A stretch of DNA of 41,708 nucleotides from Seison nebaliae (Eukaryota). Of the stretch, positions 35,001 to 41,708 are shown piece by piece. Where the stretch lies: assembly GCA_023231475.1 (NCBI GenBank), contig JALJEE010000026.1, forward strand, positions 1-41,708, in the 5' to 3' direction. Position 1 is the first letter of the stretch, and every line of letters starts with the position of its first letter. Below the pieces are notes generated by a model. That model ran no database searches, was not told where the DNA came from, and worked only from the letters and a program-made list of their open reading frames with translations. Both the position numbers and the translations under genes were made by a program.

Positions 35001-36539
35001 TTTTATGTCAATTTGACATTGTGAAATTCTTATGAAAACTATTTTCTGAGTCAGATGAGGTTTGGATTGATAAATTGATCGAACTAATTCGGTGAACGAT
35101 ATATGAATGAGACGGTATATGTGATTAAGTTGAACATATCGTGTTGGTCGAGGGGAAATGAAAGACAAACAAATGATCCATCATGGAGAAATCGAAGCCA
35201 AAAACTAGGCTAACATGAAAATGACAAAGGAGAATTGAATAATTAGCTAGACTTGTGGCTTATATTGGTTTGACTGATGATGATGACGATGATGATATGA
35301 TACATCCGTTCCAACCGTTCGTTCTATTTACCCTTGCTTAAGATAAGTCATGATACATAGAGGACGGACGACAACGTCCTGATTATTGACGAAGAGAAGA
35401 TATATGTGGTATACTTATCAGTTTTCTTTAGTTTGACTTTGTTTTTACATATATTTTTGAGGTCGTCGAAGGATTATTGTTTATTACCATTCATGTGCAT
35501 AGGTAGTGATAAGACTTAGATAAACAAATCTTTTAGAAACAAAAATAATGAAGTATAAGGTGAAAATGAGTGACGAGAAATTATGAACCGTCGAAAAAGA
35601 TTGACATAGAAAAAGAGGTGATTGTCGAGGTTCCTTCTTCCTTCTATTATTATGCTCATGACTCAGAGCAGTAAATCGCTTAGCTATGTTTCCTATTAAT
35701 GAAAGTTTGATGGAGTTTGTTCCTCCTCCCATTCCTTCTTCTTCACATCTCCACCTATTATTCTACTATTGATTTTGAAAGGAATTGAATAGAAGAAAGA
35801 AAATCTTTGACGAAAAAAAAAATCGGAAAATAATGGAGGAAGAAATAGTCGAATATCTTTGAATAAGTATGTCACTCTATGTTTGATGTAGATGGATGAA
35901 GATATGGATATGAGGATATCGATCAACCAAATAAAATGTTATATGTCGATGATGAAAGAAAAGGAAAACGAAAATTGGAAAGCCAAATTACATTGGAGAT
36001 GCTACCGCTAAGGTGGCAGGATTGTATGAAATATACATTCTCTTTTGCACCAGAATCATTTCCACAACAACTGGTAATGGCGCTGCAAGAAATATAATAA
36101 GTGGAAGATCTTTTACATCAATTTGCATTCCACCATCTAATTTACATACAAACCGATATTTACTTACCTATGAAATGATGTAATGATCTTTCGCCATGGT
36201 AACTGATCTCACCATATTCATGATCAATACAGCTCTGTCTAACACTAGCATTTAATGATGGTATTTATACAAATCTTACCGGTTCAGATTGCACTGCAAT
36301 TTCGCTATTCGCTTCTCCTAATGAATATTTAAGTTGTGTTCGCTTCCACTCTACTTCATTTATTCTAATTATCTGTTGTTGTTTCAGACGCAGGTGAAAT
36401 TGGAAGTTAATTATATATTTATCTTCGTTCAATCTTCTTAAGAGAAATTTGTTTTTCTTTCGGAAAATATATTTTCCTGATCAAATGAACATTAAAATTT
36501 ATTCTTATCATCATTATAAATTAACAAAAGTTTACAAAA

Positions 36540-37295
36540 TCATTTTTTATATAATTCATCAATTAGCAACTGTTCGTAATTGATATGATTTATAGCGAAA
36601 TTGGAGATTTGCTTATTTCTTTGCTCAATTAAAGTTGACTTGGTATCCATTAACATCTCTTGCTTCCGTCTACCATTTTCCCATGAGATATATGTCGCAA
36701 GATCATTAACAGTCTCCAAAACAACTTCATTAACATTTCTCTCTCGTAATTCTTTCACAAAAGACTCATAAGGATTATTTGTCTTCATTGGTTCTCCTCG
36801 ATCCTTTTCAACTCGTTCATATAATCGACAATTCCATAAACTCACATGCTCGATATCCGACATCATCCTTATGCAATTATTCAAATGTTCCTTCTGCTGC
36901 TCATAAGGAAAAGCAATTTGTACATTTCCTACAGTTTGATTCACTTCAATGACATTCTCAGTTTGTGTCGACAAATTGTGGAAGCCTGAAATATATTTAT
37001 CATGAGCCAATGATGAAGCTAAAAATGTTTGGAGGAATTCAGTTTGAGTCATCGTCAGAAATCTTAAGAAATCACTTATATCAACATACACTAATTGGGT
37101 GGAATTGATGCATCTGGATTTTATTTGAAAAGGAATTCCCAAATTCAACTTTTCTGATTTTTCTAGCGAATTATCTTTGATATTTTCTGTAACGGTATTC
37201 AATATATTATTTGCTTTCTTTTTCAAACTATTTACCGTTTGGACAGAACGATAACTTTGTTTTTTGACCAGAGAAACAATTGATTGAAAATTCAT
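36540..37295 (-). CDS. Hypothetical protein, 251 aa, intronless, no recognised domain
   Basis: 756-nt ATG-initiated ORF in very AT-rich DNA (unlikely by chance) with complex amino-acid composition, head-to-head with the SPF45-like gene. Confidence 0.7.
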   Translation of the reverse strand: MNFQSIVSLVKKQSYRSVQTVNSLKKKANNILNTVTENIKDNSLEKSEKLNLGIPFQIKSRCINSTQLVYVDISDFLRFLTMTQTEFLQTFLASSLAHDKYISGFHNLSTQTENVIEVNQTVGNVQIAFPYEQQKEHLNNCIRMMSDIEHVSLWNCRLYERVEKDRGEPMKTNNPYESFVKELRERNVNEVVLETVNDLATYISWENGRRKQEMLMDTKSTLIEQRNKQISNFAINHINYEQLLIDELYKK

Positions 37296-37683
37296 TTGTT
37301 ATTTGTTAATAATGTGAATGTCTTTATTTTAAAGAATTGGTGATGACAAATGTTCACATCACATCAACTTCAATGAAGGAAAATAAATAAAAAATTTATA
37401 AAGAAGTCAAAGTTCATTCCATTCACCAAACAACATATTTTCATCCAATAAATAAATTAATAAAAAAATAATTGAAAGAGTTAAATTTGTTGATTATACT
37501 GGCTCAATGAATATAAATGAGTGATTAAATCTTGATTTTGTTTTTCAGCCAAAAATTTAATTTTTTTTATGAAAATTTCTAAATATTTTAACTATAAATA
37601 TTGTCAGAAAATAAATTTCAAATAATTAATAAACAATAGTGAGATTTTCTTGGAAATAAAAAATCCTTTGGAATATCGGAACT
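37296..37683. promoter_or_regulatory. Putative bidirectional promoter and 5' UTRs
   Basis: 388-bp very AT-rich gap between two divergent start codons; inferred from gene layout only. Confidence 0.45.
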
Positions 37684-39276
37684 ATGAGTTTATACGATGA
37701 TGACAATGAGATGATTGCTGATAAATGTGAATTGATGAATAGCACGAAGGTAGAAAAAGACATTAAGAATGAATCGCCAAAAACATTTCAACTCAATTCG
37801 GAACGTTTAAATTTGATGTCGAAACAAATTCAAATTCGTTCCAGGTTTCTATTCTTCTGCGATCAATTTTTGATTATTTTTTCAATTTTCATTCAAATAT
37901 TCCACAACATTTTGGCTGTTTAATCTTTTAATATTATTCTTATTGATTTGGAAAAACGATTTTTATTTTTTATATTATCATGTGTTGCGATTAATGAATG
38001 AAAATAGTTTACAAAAAAATCGAAAATCTTTAGGTCCCGAACCAATCAAACGACATTTTGTACCTCCACCTAAATCCACAAATATGCACAAAAAATTAAT
38101 AACAACAACAACAACTGTAACGTTCAATGAGAAATTGGAGAAAAGTTAAAATTTAATTTTAATTTTAAAATAATTAAAAACGAATGAAAATTTCCATTAT
38201 TATTTTAGAGAACAAAAATGATGAACTGAATGAAACGAATAATTTGACAGACATTTTCAACAACGATGAAGATGATGAACAATTTTTAAAAAAATTTCCC
38301 AAGAAAAATACGACAAATGCTGAGTCAACGTTTGGACAGTTGAAAACCAGTTCTATCATTCCTAAACAAGGACGTGCAGATGCTGATTTGTCAGTTTTCA
38401 ATAAAAAGGAAAAAGAATTGAAATTTAAACAAATTACAAAGAAAATGAAAGAAGATGAATTTGAAAATGATTTCAATGACACTTTTATGAATCCAGCTAT
38501 TCAAAAGAAGAATTGTTTTCTTTTTCATGTTTCCCAAATACCATTTCATTTGAATCATTTCGTAGATCGTTGCACATTTGGAATCGACGAATATGATCCG
38601 ATGTTTCCAAATTCTTACGAATTCCTCTCATTTGAACGTCGACGTCACATGATAGCTGGAGAATTTCGACTTCGGGTAAAAATAAAAGAACTGCAAATGA
38701 AATTGGAAGAAGGTTGTTTTGACAAAATTCTTATGAAATTATTTTACTATTCTTTCTCCCTAACGAGAGAGATATCATTTCACTTTTCTTTCTTATTCTC
38801 ATATTTATCTTGAATTGTTGTTTCATTGTCTATTTTCATGGAAATCTATCTAAATTCATCCAGCCAAAAATGAAGTGACTCAGTTGCCAACTAGTGAACA
38901 AAAAGGTAGATCTCAATTAAAGAAACTTCCGAGAAGAAGGAAATATTCAAATGATTCAGACAAATCATCCGAGTCTTCTATTAAATCATCACCGAAACAT
39001 AAGAGAAATGGAAAAGATTCATACAGGAAATCAAAAGGCAGCGGACAACAAGTGGCGAAAAAGCTTATGGAGAAAATGGGGTATGTCGATGGTCTCGGTC
39101 TAGGTAGAGATAATAAAGGCATTACCCAATCTTTACAAGTCAAAAAGAAGAGATCTAACATTGGAGTTGTAATTAATCCGGATAAAAGAAAATCGAAAAA
39201 CACAAATATTCAACCGAACAAACAACCAGTCTTACAATCAGCAATGTCACGTTACGTAGACGAGAAAGATGACTAA
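37684..39276 (+). CDS. RBM17: SPF45/RBM17-like G-patch splicing factor, ~387 aa, exons 37684-37844, 38008-38144, 38209-38514, 38566-38712, 38864-39276; UHM domain not found
   Basis: N-terminal MSLYDD, LNLMSKQIQ, the SF45 motif DEYDPMFPNSYE and the G-patch VAKKLMEKMGYVDGLGLGRDNKGITQSL. Four phase-consistent GT-AG introns. Confidence 0.82.
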
Positions 39277-40171
39277 ATATTTTTAATTTTCTATTTTTCA
39301 AATTATCCTTTCTGTTTTTACCATTTCCTTCTTAAACTTCATCGAAATATTTGTTTAAATCCAAATAAATTTCACCATTCAACTTCTCTTATAATTTTGT
39401 GAATTTAAAGAATTAATTCAATTTATTAGTTTCGTGCTAGTTAAAAGAAAGGTTCCAGAGTTTGATAGAAAAATAATTTTAGAATGCAACTTGTTTAGTA
39501 TTTTTTGTGCAATTAATTTATATAACTTAATTTGGAGAAAAATCAAAAACAAAATATTTACACCTAACAAAATTAATATTTGTATAGTTATCAACCTTTC
39601 TTTAACTTTTTGGACAGTTGTCAATCTTTTTTCCTCAATTTCGGACACTTATCAACCTCAAAAAATACTGAAAATGTAACTGGAAGGGTTGGAAACCGTA
39701 CATAAAAACTTTCTATGGTTTTTTCTTTCTTTTTTTTATTAATACAACAAATCCTCGCGGGGTAAATCAAAGTGGAAACTGGATAACTCAGCTGAAGAGT
39801 TATTAGAAATATGAGATTTAGCCTGATCCAGATGAGGTTTCAGGGAATCAGGAATGAAAGATACGATATCAAAATTCCAGAACGGCAGTTCAACGTTTCC
39901 TTATTATATTTTCATACTTTAAAAATTTTTAGTCACAGCAAGTTGAATGTTAATAAAACTGTCATCACTATTTTTAAAATTTTCATCTCAACTTCATTTG
40001 TGAAAAAACCTAATTTTTGCGGGAAAAATAACAAACCGAATATTGAATGTTGAAAAATTATATTGATTATGAATGTCTTTATTTAGAATACTTTATTCTA
40101 AATAGATTATTATAAATTAGATTATATCTAAATATTATTCTAATTTTTGGAGAGAGAGAAAAATTCCTATA

Positions 40172-41184
40172 ATGAGCCAAGGTACGAGTACATCCGACGC
40201 TATATGTTCTTCTGATCATATTAATAATGCTGCAAACGACAGTAATGAATCTTCTAGCAGTAAGAACAAACTAAGAGGAAGACCACCTGGGGCGAAAAAC
40301 AAGCATACACCTACCTCTCGTAAAAGAACTTGGGTGGATGAAGAAGACGGGAAGAAGACGAATATACCAACTTGAGGAAAGAATTGGGATTTCTCTCAGA
40401 ACGATTGTTAGAGTTATCGGAAAGTGTACGTTGTATCAACAATAAATTAAGCGATAACATTTCGGAACAAGACAAATTATCCAAAATGGTCAAATCCATT
40501 ACCGATAATAACGTCAGTTCTATTTCGAACACCTCCAACAGTCATAATAAGACGAGTAGGAAGCAGTCTAATTCCATCGTCAAATCTAAGAAATCGTATG
40601 CTGGTATGCTACATGGTGTCCCAGTTCCGACGACTTCGGATTCTACCAAACAGCTTCCGACCAATAATTCGAGTAAAAATGAGAAGATAATGGAACCTGG
40701 AGTAAAAAGAATCGAAAAGAAAAGAGAAGCGAAGAAACCGTTGTGTATGGGCTCCAATAAAGATCTGTCGATTACCGCAGTGGCTCGTAAGAAAAAGCCC
40801 ACCCTTCGATCAATTATGGTGTCAAACCTTGCATCTTCAACCACCGTAGATACGTTCCAAGATTATTTGGAAAATCGAAAATTACCTTACTATAAAGTAT
40901 GGCGACTAAAACACAAAAAATATGATGATTCGGATTCAGTGGCAAGGACGTTTATCATCCGATTTGACATCGATGACAAAAATAAATTTATCGATGATTA
41001 TTTATGGCCAGAAGGTGCATGTGTCACCGAATTCTTCTTCTCCGCATCAACAAATCAATTCCTGACAGAAAGATGTGTTGAAGGTACGAAAAGAAATCTC
41101 GATGATGTATTGATGGTTCAGTCGACAGAGACTTCGTCATCAAACCAATCATCCATTACATTTTCGAATGGGAAGAATGATTGA
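40172..41184 (+). CDS. Retrotransposon ORF1 (AT-hook, coiled coil, RRM-like domain), split by a 1-nt frameshift near 40349-40352
   Basis: KLRGRPPGAKNK AT-hook in 40172-40375. The second frame (open from 40342) reads EEDEYTNLRKELGFLSERLLELSESV (coiled coil), KKSYAGML and IMVSNLASSTT...TFIIRF...LWPEGACVTEF, typical of invertebrate LINE ORF1 proteins. Confidence 0.75.
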
Positions 41185-41708
41185 CACTTTTCCGATCTAC
41201 CCGATCGGACCACTTCAATACATCCCAACAACACCCGTCGTCACATCAAATTTATGTCTCTCAATATTCATGGTCCAACCAATCTTCGCGCTTCTATTTC
41301 TCTTCTTACGAACTACGACATTATTTTCCTTCAAGAGACGTGGCTCGTTGGAACCAAACCTGTCTGGCTGTCGTCAACTGATCACTTCGTTTATCATACC
41401 TCAGCTGATCCTCCCAATTCCGATAACGGAGCGGGTCGTCCATCTGGCGGTCTCTGTACATTTATCTCTAAAGATCTCTTTCCTCATTCTTTCACTCATA
41501 TGTCCACCGATGTAGTTCATTTCATGATACAGGATATTCTATGTTTTAACGTCTATTTCCGTCCTCATGACTTCACAATTTTCCACTCTACTCTTTCCGC
41601 TATCGAATCTTTTATCACATCAAGTAGCCACAGCGGCTTCCTCATCGGGGGCGACTTCAATTGCGATCCAAGAATGCCCTCTCCAGCAGCAAGCCGACTG
41701 ATCCAATT
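41185..41708 (+). CDS. Retrotransposon ORF2, N-terminal apurinic-like endonuclease (partial; not in the ORF track)
   Basis: Open to the window end in the ORF1 frame: HIKFMSLNIHG...YDIIFLQETWL...GRPSGGLCTFI...FNVYFRP...FLIGGDFNC. First in-frame ATG at 41254. Confidence 0.92.

Larger units (their letters stand above)
40172..41708 (+). mobile_element. Non-LTR retrotransposon of the APE-endonuclease type, 5' part only, cut by the window edge; clade not resolved
   Basis: ORF1 followed by an ORF2 with APE motifs. No introns, and more C-rich than host genes. True 5' boundary lies somewhere upstream of 40172. Confidence 0.9.

Noticed and set aside
36161..36169. TACTTACCT resembling the U1 snRNA 5' end
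   Set aside because: No U1 stem-loops or Sm site follow; better read as a minus-strand splice donor.
10463..38565. Four stop-free introns with length divisible by 3 (10463-10513, 12818-12871, 17415-17477, 38515-38565)
   Set aside because: With ~50-nt introns a few such cases among 23 are expected; no evidence of enrichment.
39434..39679. 81-aa ORF as the missing SPF45 UHM exon
   Set aside because: Only a chance 'ILEC'; no RNP-like strands or RxF motif, and AT-rich composition.
1..41708. Prokaryotic systems (CRISPR arrays, operons), tRNA or rRNA genes
   Set aside because: The sequence is intron-containing animal DNA; no repeat-spacer array, cloverleaf or rRNA-like segment was seen.

Overview
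Eukaryotic nuclear DNA from an AT-rich, compact-genome invertebrate animal. A protocadherin plus a pedal-peptide precursor suggests a spiralian; a rotifer-like/gnathiferan identity is only a guess. Manual splicing gives, in order: TMEM186 (+, 4 exons); a TET dioxygenase (-, 5 exons, ~1492 aa) with a long polyQ/H insert and an altered active site (HxE instead of HxD, plus N1387D- and Y1902F-equivalents); a ~1.27 kb non-coding stretch (7726-8992, +) that pairs into a nested multi-helix RNA with a candidate telomerase-RNA layout (TGAGGG-type template, pseudoknot, H/ACA-like 3' end); a catalytically dead GH18 chitinase-like gene (-, 8 exons); a pedal-peptide/orcokinin-type neuropeptide precursor (-); RBM24/38 (-); an intronless protocadherin (-); a ~13 kb gene-free region; an orphan ORF (-); an SPF45/RBM17-like gene with no visible UHM (+); and the 5' part of an APE-type non-LTR retrotransposon running off the right edge. 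Of 23 reconstructed introns, 20 are 41-64 nt long and 21 start GTT rather than GTA/GTG. All homology calls are motif recognition from memory and all RNA pairings were made by eye; nothing was computed or searched.
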